A stretch of 52,747 nt of DNA from a virus (taxonomy: Duplodnaviria > Caudoviricetes). How positions within the stretch are numbered: position 1 is the first letter of the stretch; the number at the start of each line of letters is the position of its first letter. The notes under the pieces are model-generated. The model saw only the letters and a list, made by a program, of their open reading frames with translations. It was not told where the DNA came from and made no database searches. Made by a program: the position numbers and the translations under genes. Shown one piece after another: positions 1 through 9,282 of the stretch. The DNA lies in IMG/VR virus record IMGVR_UViG_3300025886_000034, positions 1 to 52,747 of that record; one strand, given 5' to 3'.

Positions 1-1158
1 TTCTTCAAGATTTTTACGCAAATCACTAAATGATAGAGATTCCATGTAGTCTTTTGCTTTCAACTTAACGTCGTGAGACTTAGCAAGTTCTGATGCCGCA
101 AATTGTGACAACCACTTGACTTTTGCTTTGGCGATAGTCATCAACTCATCTTTGCTCATATTAGCAATGAATGCCTTTGCTTTCTTATAAGCGGGCCCCG
201 TAACATCAATTCTCTCGATGCTTCCGTATGCTTTTTTCAGTTGTGCGATTTGTGATGATGACATACCTTCATCCAACAAATTCGCAGCTTCAAGTTCTAT
301 ATTTTCATTTTCCCAAATTTGCACAATTTTGTTCCCCCATTGATCTTTTTTACCTAATTCCCTAACAGCTTTGCGTGGATATTTCTTCACAGCGTCGTCG
401 AAATCATCCACAACCCCCATCCATCTTGAAGCATGTTTCCTGTTCTTGTACGGTTTAACTAAATGTGGTCTTACTATTTTACCGCCCAAAGGTTTAGAAC
501 TGTCCGGATTTAGATTTGCTTGATAATCCCCAAGTGCACTCACGGCTTCCTTTACGACAGAGTTCATTGTCACTGCCATGTCACCCTGCGCCATTGTAAC
601 TTTGCCCTGTCTGTTATAGAGATATGATGCTTGTGCAACTGGATTGGCAACGTTTTTTAGCGCAATCTTTTCGAGATTGTACTTTGCTGATTTGCTCTTG
701 GACTTGACAACGTATGTGTTTTCGTTGCCTTTCTTGATAGAAGAATCAAAGTTAATCTTAATCTTGTCACCTTTCTTCAATGACTTGAACATTTCGTCAG
801 AAATAGGCAGTTTCATTTCAGTAATCTCGGTTTCTTCTGGAACACAGTTGGGCACTTCTTTACCATTCTTTTTCTTCATCCCAACCTGTTTATAACCATC
901 CCAGCAGGGATCGTCTTTACGCTTGTCATCTTTCTTTTTCTTGGCTTCTTCAATTTTCATAGCACCCTCTATTGTCCAAACTGCTTTGCTGGTTCCTTCA
1001 GTAGATTTATCCACATTTACTTTCTTACCCAAAAACTTTAAAAGTTCTATGACTTTCTTCAGGTTTCCTTTTTCAATATGCTGAGACGCAATATGTTTTG
1101 TTGCTGGTTTAACGTCTCGTTGTCTTATTCTCAACGATTCTTTAATATCATCTTTCAT
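1..1158 (-). CDS. Large Lys-rich modular protein, probable internal head protein (partial, runs off the window start; absent from the ORF track)
   Basis: Manual translation from ATG at 1158 (overlapping the stop of the 1158..1442 gene) stays open for 386 codons to position 1: MKDDIKESLRIRQRDVKP...DPCWDGYKQVGMKKKNGKEVPNCVP...LRKNLEE. Modules are separated by IEE/ITE/VKE/LDE motifs. Confidence 0.8.
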   Translation of the reverse strand, partial: MKDDIKESLRIRQRDVKPATKHIASQHIEKGNLKKVIELLKFLGKKVNVDKSTEGTSKAVWTIEGAMKIEEAKKKKDDKRKDDPCWDGYKQVGMKKKNGKEVPNCVPEETEITEMKLPISDEMFKSLKKGDKIKINFDSSIKKGNENTYVVKSKSKSAKYNLEKIALKNVANPVAQASYLYNRQGKVTMAQGDMAVTMNSVVKEAVSALGDYQANLNPDSSKPLGGKIVRPHLVKPYKNRKHASRWMGVVDDFDDAVKKYPRKAVRELGKKDQWGNKIVQIWENENIELEAANLLDEGMSSSQIAQLKKAYGSIERIDVTGPAYKKAKAFIANMSKDELMTIAKAKVKWLSQFAASELAKSHDVKLKAKDYMESLSFSDLRKNLEE

Positions 1159-1442
1159 TACAATATTTCCGGTAAGTGTGTCATTAATGATGATATAACA
1201 CCAGCACCAACCAACCACATAATCTTGGTCATTACTGCCATACGTTCTCGCAGAGAGATAACAATCCCATCGATATCATCCATTTTACCCGACATTCTAT
1301 TAAGTCGTTCGTGCCCTTCGGCGCGTCTCACCTCAAGGTCTGTAATTTTTTCTTCTACTCTTGCTAATGCTACAATAGCATCCGACATTTTATCCAACTT
1401 GTCTTCAATCCGTTGAAGCCTATCGTCTGTATGCTGGTCCAT
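1158..1442 (-). CDS. Small coiled-coil protein with one C-terminal TM helix (XhlA/holin-like architecture)
   Basis: Heptad-like N-terminus (RLQRIEDKLDKMSDAIVALARVEEKI), then hydrophobic IMWLVGAGVISSLM. SD GAGGT upstream. Confidence 0.55.
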   Translation of the reverse strand: MDQHTDDRLQRIEDKLDKMSDAIVALARVEEKITDLEVRRAEGHERLNRMSGKMDDIDGIVISLRERMAVMTKIMWLVGAGVISSLMTHLPEIL

Positions 1443-1455
1443 TTACATCTACCTC

Positions 1456-1806
1456 TTAGTTATCTACTTTAGCACTAGCGCGCCATTGGTAACAAGACCA
1501 ATAATTTGCTTTCCATTTAGGGCCAGGATTGTCGCAACCGTGTCTTGCCCTGAATGATTTTCTCCTTTCGGGATCATCCCGTTTAATTTCCATATTCGGA
1601 TCGCCAAAAGTAACTTTTACAACATTACCCTTGTCGTTCTTTACATACACACCAAACTTTTTGTTCGAACCAGAGGGCAACCTAAAAGGATTATTTAGTT
1701 CTACCTTCTTACCCTGATACTCAGATTCGGTTATAACTAATTCTTCTTGTACAGATTCGCACTGACAATCAATCATCTCTTCTAGGTGTTGCCTAAATGT
1801 TTTCAT
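1456..1806 (-). CDS. Conserved basic hypothetical protein with capsid-targeting-like N-terminus
   Basis: Starts MKTFRQHLEE. Core KKFGVYVKN...VTFGDPNM...DPERRKSFRARH.C...YWSC resembles a family I recall from marine T4-like phages. Confidence 0.75.
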   Translation of the reverse strand: MKTFRQHLEEMIDCQCESVQEELVITESEYQGKKVELNNPFRLPSGSNKKFGVYVKNDKGNVVKVTFGDPNMEIKRDDPERRKSFRARHGCDNPGPKWKANYWSCYQWRASAKVDN

Positions 1807-1808
1807 CG

Positions 1809-2897
1809 TTATTCCTTATCAAATATGCCAGAAAATTCATCATCGATCTCTTCATGAATCTTCTTAATTCTTTGTGTGTTGATATCATTCAACGCATTTA
1901 AAACAGAATCCATATCATACTTCATAGTGGCAATATCGGGGTTTTGCCCAGGCGTAGCTCTAGCATAAGCGATAAAAGCATCGTCGGTACCATACTCTAA
2001 AACTTTTTCTTGCAAATCTTCATCCACACTACCATCCGCGATAAAACTATTCACACGAGCAAATCCGAGTTGTTGTGGAGTTTTAAATCGCTGATTTTCG
2101 TATGAATCTAATCCACGGTTATACACTTCCAATACAATATCAAATGGCATATTAGCCCGTTCGGCTTTCTTTACCAAACTAGAATATTCCTCAAAAAATC
2201 CATCAAGTTCTTCGATCTCTTCTTCCGAGAACGACTCCTTACCAGCGCGCAACATAGCAGAAATCATTTCAGACTCGGAATATTCCTCTTCGTCGTCATC
2301 CTCATCATCCTCATCATCTTCTTCTTCGGTGTAGTATTCGAGATAGTCTCTAACCGTAGAAATATAGTCTGACGCTAAAGTGATTTTAGAAAGAATCCAC
2401 TCATCAGGCTCTTCATCCATATCAGACATAATTTCAAGGATTGATAACGCATCTTCCGAGATTTCGTACAGTTGAGCTTCTGCCATCCGTAACCCATCGG
2501 TATTTGGATCATCGTAATCTTCTACAAACAAAGAACCAAAATCCAAATCCAAATCTTCTGATTTAGTTCCTCTTTTTCTTTCGATTTCTTTTCTTCGGAA
2601 TTGTGGAGTTAAACGTGCGGCAACCCGACTGACGAATTTCTTCATCTTTTCTGTGCGTCTATCCACAGTCATTTTCTGTGCGGGTGACAACTTTCCGTAG
2701 GATTTTCCGCCAGCATAACGCTTCTTGAGCATCATTCTTGCTCCGCGTCTGGCTCTTTTAGAAATGCGCGCTCGGTCTGCAAATCGTCGCATAACCAACT
2801 GGCGTTGTCTTTTAATTCTAGTTTTTCTTCTGCGCAACTGCATTCCGCGTTTTCGGCGCTGCTGCATAGACAGAACTTCTGTTTGCATATCTTCCAT
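1809..2897 (-). CDS. Modular hypothetical protein: Arg-rich N-terminus (gp68-like character), acidic linkers and small helical modules
   Basis: 362-aa ORF. N-terminus QQRRKRGMQLRRRKTRIKR..., a poly-D/E tract, and modules EWILSKITLASDYISTVRDYL, EVYNRGL...TPQQLGFARVNSF and EYGTD...TPGQ. Confidence 0.75.
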   Translation of the reverse strand: MEDMQTEVLSMQQRRKRGMQLRRRKTRIKRQRQLVMRRFADRARISKRARRGARMMLKKRYAGGKSYGKLSPAQKMTVDRRTEKMKKFVSRVAARLTPQFRRKEIERKRGTKSEDLDLDFGSLFVEDYDDPNTDGLRMAEAQLYEISEDALSILEIMSDMDEEPDEWILSKITLASDYISTVRDYLEYYTEEEDDEDDEDDDEEEYSESEMISAMLRAGKESFSEEEIEELDGFFEEYSSLVKKAERANMPFDIVLEVYNRGLDSYENQRFKTPQQLGFARVNSFIADGSVDEDLQEKVLEYGTDDAFIAYARATPGQNPDIATMKYDMDSVLNALNDINTQRIKKIHEEIDDEFSGIFDKE

Positions 2898-2950
2898 TGG
2901 AGTTTACCTTAGTCTTATCCCACCGCAGGTTTGCCTTAGCCTTACTGCAG
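2898..2950 (-). promoter_or_regulatory. Tandem two-hairpin RNA element in the 5' UTR of the 1809..2897 gene
   Basis: Minus strand reads CTGCAG-TAAGGCTAAGGCAAAC-CTGCGG TGGGA-TAAGACTAAGGTAAAC-TCCA ATG: two different stems closing near-identical 16-nt segments. Confidence 0.65.
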
Positions 2951-2959
2951 TTATATGTG

Positions 2960-2967
2960 TATTTATG
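2960..2967 (-). promoter_or_regulatory. Probable late promoter variant (CATAAATA)
   Basis: One mismatch to the gp55 consensus TATAAATA. Intergenic, just upstream of the hairpin element. Confidence 0.55.
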
Positions 2968-2968
2968 A

Positions 2969-3583
2969 TTATTTAACTTTTGACATTCCCATTCCAGCCC
3001 TCAAGTCGTCGAACAACTTTTTGGTGTCTGTGGCAGACATGCTGACAGAAACACCTTTCTTAAATGTGTCAAAGTCACCCTTAGAGACATTCGCTCTTTG
3101 CTTAGAAGCAGACATTCCCTCAACCCCTTCTGCGTCAGGGTCTCTATCCCCCGCAGATACAACATTGATCTGTTTAAAGTCATAAAATCCGTGGCGGGCC
3201 TTTACACCATTATACTTATTTAACAGTGTTTCAAATTCAGATATTCTATCAGCACCAACAACCATCGTGACTTTATCAAATCCTTTGGCATGTAGTGAAC
3301 CGGCAATATCAAAAACGTTTTTGACTTTCTTATCCAGAATAATATTTTTAGAGTGTTTTGGGAACATCTTACGAACGTGCTTGATTTTCTGATCGTATGT
3401 CAGAGGATTTTTCTTAGGATCCTGCGAATGTGACAGATATACAAAAAACGGATTTCTGCCCGCTTTTCTGGCAAGCACGTCAACAAGTTTACCGTGTCCA
3501 ACGGTGGGTGGGTTCATTCTTCCAAATGTAAAGAATGCTTCCTTACCTTGTTGCTCATTAATAAACTGTTTGAACGAGTACAT
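2969..3583 (-). CDS. Cytidylyltransferase-like (HIGH-superfamily) nucleotidyltransferase
   Basis: FTFGRMNPPTVGH (HxGH-type motif), VVGADR, and C-terminal MSASKQR (KMSKS-like). N-terminus MYSFKQFINE. Confidence 0.85.
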   Translation of the reverse strand: MYSFKQFINEQQGKEAFFTFGRMNPPTVGHGKLVDVLARKAGRNPFFVYLSHSQDPKKNPLTYDQKIKHVRKMFPKHSKNIILDKKVKNVFDIAGSLHAKGFDKVTMVVGADRISEFETLLNKYNGVKARHGFYDFKQINVVSAGDRDPDAEGVEGMSASKQRANVSKGDFDTFKKGVSVSMSATDTKKLFDDLRAGMGMSKVK

Positions 3584-4792
3584 TTACTTTTGCCATCCTT
3601 TTACTATGTCAGGTGAGAAGTTGTTGTATGAAAACTCCATACGGTCAACAAGTTTTACTGCCGATCCGCTAAGTTTATCAACCGCAACAAATCCTTCAGC
3701 ACCAGTTACTTTGTAACCCTTATTAGTTCTAACGAACGTGTCAATAGATTGAAGCTCGTTCAACTTATTTATTAGTCTAAGTTTAGCATCAACAATTAGC
3801 TTCTGCAACTCGAACATTTTTACTAGACTAGATTTATTCTCTTCGGAAAAAAACTCAAGCAACTCATCAAGTTTTGCTTGCTGGGCACTCTTACCCTTTG
3901 CGGTCTTTCTAGCATCAATTTCTTTTTGGTATTTATCTCTAATCCAACCAATCAACTTTTCTGTATGTTCTTTTGTGTCTCCGATAATTGATCCGGCTCT
4001 GACATAGGTGTTGTTGAAGGTTTCGATGTGCTGTGCGAGATGTTGGTTCGCCTCCAGTGTTCGTAATGTCGTTCCACTGATTGAGTTAAAAAGTACTCCA
4101 ATTTTTGATAAAATTGCGTTAACATCTGAAGTCTCCTTCTTTGTCATAGTTGCTTTCGTAACATCAGTCAAAATCGCATCTTGTGACCATACAGCTAAGG
4201 ATTTTCTAAACTGCGAAACATTCACACCATATGTCGCTCGCATCGACATAAAGTCTTTTCCTGTATATGTGGTGTGCCACACAATCCCTATCTTAGCAGC
4301 ACGAACTGCACTAGCTTGTTCTATAGGAACTGCATAAACAATTGTGTTGGGGTGGAAGGTTGCATACTTTTCACCAGCGATAGTTTTGACTTTTACATCG
4401 CCAGGACCAAACAAAAAATCTCCCTGAACGACACCTTTGATGCCAAGTTTAGGGAGATGCTTTAAAGCTTCTTTCAGTTTAGCGGCAAGATCACCAGAAG
4501 TATCTGCGTCAATATCAGCCGGAGTTTTATACACTTTAGGATTTTTATTGAATATACCCTTCTTAGCAACAAAGAATTTCTTGTCACTAGGATCTATACC
4601 AGCAAAAATAGCAGGGGCCCCGTCCCATTTGACCGAGACGGATCCGCCGTGCCCCGACAGCATATTCCGCATATCACGCAGAGCAAAGATTGCTTCTCGG
4701 GTACCATTTACACCACCGTAGAGAACCTTGTCCTCAATGTGGGTCATGTGAGTGTTCTTCTGTTCCGACAAAAAATTTGAAAAAGTTTTCAT
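3584..4792 (-). CDS. Conserved T4-like phage protein with ligase-type nucleotidyltransferase motifs
   Basis: SVKWDGAP (KxDG motif I), VQGDFLF (motif III-like), AEGFV (motif IV-like), VKLVDR (motif V-like). N-terminus MKTFSNFLSE. Confidence 0.7.
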   Translation of the reverse strand: MKTFSNFLSEQKNTHMTHIEDKVLYGGVNGTREAIFALRDMRNMLSGHGGSVSVKWDGAPAIFAGIDPSDKKFFVAKKGIFNKNPKVYKTPADIDADTSGDLAAKLKEALKHLPKLGIKGVVQGDFLFGPGDVKVKTIAGEKYATFHPNTIVYAVPIEQASAVRAAKIGIVWHTTYTGKDFMSMRATYGVNVSQFRKSLAVWSQDAILTDVTKATMTKKETSDVNAILSKIGVLFNSISGTTLRTLEANQHLAQHIETFNNTYVRAGSIIGDTKEHTEKLIGWIRDKYQKEIDARKTAKGKSAQQAKLDELLEFFSEENKSSLVKMFELQKLIVDAKLRLINKLNELQSIDTFVRTNKGYKVTGAEGFVAVDKLSGSAVKLVDRMEFSYNNFSPDIVKGWQK

Positions 4793-4815
4793 TTATTTTC
4801 CTAAACTACAACCCT

Positions 4816-4823
4816 TATTTATA
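4816..4823 (-). promoter_or_regulatory. gp55-dependent late promoter
   Basis: Exact TATAAATA between the gp41 stop and the 4792 start. Confidence 0.8.
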
Positions 4824-4824
4824 A

Positions 4825-6234
4825 TTAGGAAAACTTCAGTTGCGACCAATCCCTTTCTTGAGTCGCTCGTGTACCAAAATCAGAACGATCGAATATAGGT
4901 TTATCGTCATTCACATGACCACTATCAACAATGTCGTTTTGTGCCGATTGCTCAACATCATACAGTCTCATTTTGGATTTATCAACACCAATAACAAACC
5001 TCTTATATGTATCAGGGCTATTATACCTGTTTTTCAACTGCTTGACCATAATCTGATTTAGGTCTGTCAACTCTTCGGTTGCGATTAATGCTACCATAAA
5101 GTCTGCGGTTGCAGGAAGACCAAATGATTCGCTGGTATCAGTCAAATCCACATCCGAGTTCGCAAAACCACCACGAGTAGTTTGTGTTGCGGATACAATA
5201 GGAACATCATATTCGACAGCCATTCCTCGTAATTCCTCTGCAATACTCTTAATCAAGGTGTAAGAGTTAACAGTAGCACTTGCTCTCATTCTAGAAGATG
5301 AGCATATATTGAGATAATCAATATAAATGATATCAGGCTTGAATTGTTTCTTAAGTTTTACATCATTGATCAAATGTTTAAAATGAGAAACATTTGCCGA
5401 TGCTGTTGGATACTCTTTGACAATCAGTTTACCCTTAGTCTTGCTCTTGATTTTCGATATTTTATTCATGTACTCATCTTTAGATAACTGGTGAAGATAG
5501 TCTAAAGGTGTGTTCATCAAGTTGGCATCAATTCGTTCCGCAATCTTTTCCTCACTCATTTCCAGAGTTATATACAAAACATTTTTACCCTGCGTCAGAT
5601 TTGCCGCTGCAAAGTGACACATAGCAAGTGACTTACCAACGCCAGTGCCAGCAAGAATGATATTCAGAGTTTTGTTGGGCAATCCATTCTTCGTGATTCG
5701 ATTCATATAATCCAAATCAAAAGGAATGCTAGACTCAACTCTATGGTAAAACTCGTATCGCTCTTCAGCATCAGCAATAAAATCGTGCCCGACGTGATTG
5801 TCAAAAGACACAGATAAAGCATCTGCTAGAATCTGAGGAATAGCACCCTTGTCTAATGCTTTCGTATCATCATCAAGAATCTGAATAGATTCCATAATAG
5901 CATTGTATACAGCTTTTTCTTGACAGAACTGCTCTGAGTTTTCTATCAGCCATTCGGTATCTTTTTCTGATACATCATTGTACGCCAGTTCGTCAACATA
6001 ATCAACAACTTTTTTGTGCTGCTCTTGGTTGAGATTTGATATAGAATCAACCTCAATCTTAAGGGCATCAACAGTTGGTGAAGATTTATACTTCAGGATA
6101 TAATCAACAATCTGTTTATAGACTGTCTTCTCGGTTATATCCTGAAAGTAATCTTCCTTGATGAAAGGAATTGTCTTGCGTACAAATTCATCATCATACA
6201 GCAGGTGTTTCAGTATTTTCTTTTCTAAGTTCAT
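4825..6234 (-). CDS. gp41: Replicative DnaB-like helicase
   Basis: Walker A AGTGVGKS, YITLEM, IDYLNI, SATQTTR, TSESFGLPATAD, QLKNRY. Confidence 0.96.
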   Translation of the reverse strand: MNLEKKILKHLLYDDEFVRKTIPFIKEDYFQDITEKTVYKQIVDYILKYKSSPTVDALKIEVDSISNLNQEQHKKVVDYVDELAYNDVSEKDTEWLIENSEQFCQEKAVYNAIMESIQILDDDTKALDKGAIPQILADALSVSFDNHVGHDFIADAEERYEFYHRVESSIPFDLDYMNRITKNGLPNKTLNIILAGTGVGKSLAMCHFAAANLTQGKNVLYITLEMSEEKIAERIDANLMNTPLDYLHQLSKDEYMNKISKIKSKTKGKLIVKEYPTASANVSHFKHLINDVKLKKQFKPDIIYIDYLNICSSSRMRASATVNSYTLIKSIAEELRGMAVEYDVPIVSATQTTRGGFANSDVDLTDTSESFGLPATADFMVALIATEELTDLNQIMVKQLKNRYNSPDTYKRFVIGVDKSKMRLYDVEQSAQNDIVDSGHVNDDKPIFDRSDFGTRATQERDWSQLKFS

Positions 6235-6547
6235 TTGTGTATCTCACTTCCGCTTTATCGACTGTTGCCATTAATATAGAGTTTAGCACAGAACTTATAA
6301 CATTTTCAAATGTTTTTTTGTTTTTTTCATCATTTAAGATAAAATCCTTTTCTTCAGTGTGAATATTATATTCGAACGATACATGCAACTCATCGGCGTC
6401 ATTGACATCAGGATCTAAGCTCACAACACCGTATGAATATTCAACTCCGGAAAATTCACCAGTAATTATCTTGACTTTTGCCAAATCTTTATTTTCTTCG
6501 TATCCTTCTTCTGGATCAATTAAAAGATAATCTTTATTCTCCTGCAT
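6194..6547 (-). CDS. gp40: Probable head vertex assembly chaperone (gp40 position)
   Basis: Lies between uvsX and gp41 as in T4. Acidic ~117 aa. Likely start MQENK at 6547. Confidence 0.5.
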   Translation of the reverse strand: MQENKDYLLIDPEEGYEENKDLAKVKIITGEFSGVEYSYGVVSLDPDVNDADELHVSFEYNIHTEEKDFILNDEKNKKTFENVISSVLNSILMATVDKAEVRYTNELRKENTETPAV

Positions 6548-7598
6548 CTTCAGTCTCCAGCACCTCGTCAAACTCTGCACCTTCACTACCGTATAAGAAC
6601 TCCTTCTTACATACATCATCAATCATAGCAAGGATTTCTGGTGTGTAATATTTTTCCGGATTCGAATTGATAGACTTACCAAAGACCTTAGTGCCATCGG
6701 GAAACTCATACCGAGTAGAAACTTTGGTGAAGATTCCATACTTCTCAGCAATTTCAAGCAGCCCATAGTATCGATCCAAACCATGCTCGTAGGTTATCTT
6801 GATTTCAACTTGAGCATTCTCTTTGGTCAAACGAGACTTCTGCATCTTTGCTTTGACGATATTACCAACAACCGTGGTGCCATCTTTTTCTTTCTTCTTG
6901 GTCAGCATCACGATTGTGGATGCGGTGTACTTCAACCCAGAACCACCGGACATTGCTTTCATAGGAACATATGATCCCACAACATCATATACGTGATTCG
7001 TTACCATAAGAGGAACACCGATCTTTGCTAGCTTCAGATTGAGAACGCGAAAGGTGGCTTTGAGGATTTGTGCTTTAGTCATATCCTTAGTCTCTTTACC
7101 TTCCATCGTATCTTCCATTTCCTTGGTAGACGATAGTTGCCCGAGAGAATCGAGGATCATAATCATCGGTTCGCGCTTTTTTTCTGGTTGCGCAGAATAG
7201 TTTTCAATGATCTTTAGTGCGGTGTGTCGGAACTTCTGAATCGTATCAGGCTCAGAAATAATAACTCGGGTAGTATCAATACCTCGGTCTTCCATCATAC
7301 CTTTCGTGACAGCCGCTTCGGTGTCGAAGTAGATTACCCCACCTGTCGGATTAGAATCTAAAAATTGTTTTACGATTCCTAAGACAAAGAATGTCTTACC
7401 GGTTGCAGATTCACCAGCGAATGCGGTGACTTTATTGTTGGGAACACCACCATAGATGCTACCCGAGAGAACAGCATTAAGTGCGTAACTCCCCGTATCA
7501 ATACAACCTGTATACTCGGCAGAAGCACCGCCTTCAGATAGTATTTTTGTGTCTTCGTCTTTGAGTGTTTCCACTAGACTGTTAAAAAATTTACTCAT
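6534..7598 (-). CDS. uvsX: RecA-like recombinase
   Basis: [38 protein letters not shown]. Start MSKFF at 7598 follows SD GGAG. Confidence 0.96.
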   Translation of the reverse strand: MSKFFNSLVETLKDEDTKILSEGGASAEYTGCIDTGSYALNAVLSGSIYGGVPNNKVTAFAGESATGKTFFVLGIVKQFLDSNPTGGVIYFDTEAAVTKGMMEDRGIDTTRVIISEPDTIQKFRHTALKIIENYSAQPEKKREPMIMILDSLGQLSSTKEMEDTMEGKETKDMTKAQILKATFRVLNLKLAKIGVPLMVTNHVYDVVGSYVPMKAMSGGSGLKYTASTIVMLTKKKEKDGTTVVGNIVKAKMQKSRLTKENAQVEIKITYEHGLDRYYGLLEIAEKYGIFTKVSTRYEFPDGTKVFGKSINSNPEKYYTPEILAMIDDVCKKEFLYGSEGAEFDEVLETEDAGE

Positions 7599-7624
7599 AA
7601 TATAACTCCGTTCAAAGTGTACAT

Positions 7625-7653
7625 AGTATAACACAAAAAGTAAAAAAAAGCAA
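7625..7653 (-). promoter_or_regulatory. Sigma70-type promoter for uvsX, overlapping a terminator
   Basis: TTGCTT-17 nt-TATACT. Confidence 0.65.
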
Positions 7654-7675
7654 GAGCGAACCCTTGCTTTTTTTT
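7642..7675 (-). terminator. Intrinsic terminator after the DUF262/HNH gene (possibly bidirectional)
   Basis: AAAAAAAAGCAAG-GGTTCGCT-CTTGCTTTTTTTT. Confidence 0.8.
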
Positions 7676-7677
7676 GA

Positions 7678-9150
7678 TTAGGCTGCTTGTTTAGCAGCCA
7701 TTCTTTCTACAATATCTCGACATAAGTGATTGGGATATTCCTCCCCATACTTCATTAAGAATTCGTCGAGGTTCATGCGTCCCATCTTTCGGTTTACTTC
7801 CTTAGTGATGACGATTAAGTTATCATCGCCATTGTCTCCACCATTTGCGTGTGAGATGATGTGACCACCTTCGATGTCTTTCATAAAGACTGGTGCACCT
7901 TCGATTGCACATCGTTTACCTTGCTGTTCAAATCGATTTAAGATTTGAACTTCACTAAAGCATCGGACACGCTTTCCTACGACTCCAGAAATTTCACCAT
8001 CAACTGTTATCGCATTTAGGAAAATTCCAATCTTAGCAAAGATTTGATCTTTCAAGTGCAGACCTAACATACCGCTCCAAGTTACCAGTAACCTACTTTT
8101 TTGCCTTCCCTCATACGTGGTTTCTTGGTCAAGAAACATTGAGTACATTGTCGGCACGTAAGTATCAGCAAAGGCTTTGAAATCTACAATTTCTAACTTC
8201 ATTGCCTTTAAGTAAAGCAAAAATTCAAAAGCAAACAGAATCTTAGGTCCGCTAGAAAAAGATTTCTTAGCCATTTTCTCGTCGGAAGCTGAATTGACAA
8301 TTTTAAGCATTTGATCCAAAATTTCCTTCAGAGTTTTGTATGTTTTTTTACACTCAGACAAATCTGTCCTTCCAGGCGTAGATTCATACTGTTCATCTAA
8401 CAGAACTCTATCAATTTCTGTTGCTAAAAACCATTCGCTTAAGTTTTCGTTATACAGGATAGATGCTGCAGCAAGTTTTGCTACCAATTCTTCAGCCTGT
8501 CTACGATCATTCCGCAGTTTAAAGACTTCAAAGAAAGGGTGCAGGGAAGTTCCCAACTCGTCAAAAGGAGTATCCGGATTGACTATTGATCGAACCATAG
8601 AAGTGTAAAATCCTTTTATACCATTTCGTTTTTCTTGGTCCTTTAAATCGTTCCCATCGTTTAGCTCAACAAACTTATCTGCTGCTTCTATGTCCGTCAT
8701 TGCGGAGTTGTATATTGAAGTCGCAATTACAGAATCATAAAACGCTTGCTTATCAGCATCTGTCAAGTGTTCCCACTTTAATGAAATTTTTCTGTAGGTT
8801 TCGGAATTCCCCATAGGCACATACACCCCATCCGCACCTTTAGGTGTGGTCAAAGAGATTTTTCCATTGATATAAAGAAAAATACTTTGCAGCCTCTGAA
8901 GTCCATCAAGGACTTCATATGTTCCATCACCAAGGTCTCTTAAGTGTAGTGTGTTAACACCTTTACGATTCCAGATTGAAATTACAATTTTCTTACTCCA
9001 CTTTGGGCGTGCAACAAAATTCCGCTGGTACTCCGGACTCAATATAATTTTTCCAGCAAACATCATATCGAGAAGCCATTTTACAGTTTTTTCAATATTT
9101 TCTACAGGTACGGCCACGTGTGTGTAACTTGTTAAAGCTTTTTTGTTCAT
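7678..9150 (-). CDS. GmrSD-like protein: DUF262 (ParB/Srx-fold) domain plus C-terminal HNH nuclease
   Basis: [17 protein letters not shown] and [12 protein letters not shown] (DUF262 motifs). C-terminal CAIEG...[11 protein letters not shown]...NL...VNRKMG (HNH). Confidence 0.85.
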   Translation of the reverse strand: MNKKALTSYTHVAVPVENIEKTVKWLLDMMFAGKIILSPEYQRNFVARPKWSKKIVISIWNRKGVNTLHLRDLGDGTYEVLDGLQRLQSIFLYINGKISLTTPKGADGVYVPMGNSETYRKISLKWEHLTDADKQAFYDSVIATSIYNSAMTDIEAADKFVELNDGNDLKDQEKRNGIKGFYTSMVRSIVNPDTPFDELGTSLHPFFEVFKLRNDRRQAEELVAKLAAASILYNENLSEWFLATEIDRVLLDEQYESTPGRTDLSECKKTYKTLKEILDQMLKIVNSASDEKMAKKSFSSGPKILFAFEFLLYLKAMKLEIVDFKAFADTYVPTMYSMFLDQETTYEGRQKSRLLVTWSGMLGLHLKDQIFAKIGIFLNAITVDGEISGVVGKRVRCFSEVQILNRFEQQGKRCAIEGAPVFMKDIEGGHIISHANGGDNGDDNLIVITKEVNRKMGRMNLDEFLMKYGEEYPNHLCRDIVERMAAKQAA

Positions 9151-9246
9151 AATATAACTCCATTGTTTAAGGTTTTTTAGTTGTCCGTATAGAATCGGTT
9201 TCAGAAACTATTTACAGACAATGAATTGCTCATCAATTCAATACAT

Positions 9247-9275
9247 ATAATACCCCATTTTGGTGAACATGTCAA
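9247..9275 (-). promoter_or_regulatory. Sigma70-type early promoter for the DUF262/HNH gene
   Basis: TTGACA-17 nt-TATTAT with an upstream A-tract. Confidence 0.8.
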
Positions 9276-9282
9276 GCTTTTT

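Noticed and set aside
7678-9150. Free-standing homing endonuclease or mobile element call
   Set aside because: The HNH is fused to a full DUF262 domain, which fits GmrSD-like proteins rather than Seg/Mob endonucleases. No terminal repeats were seen.
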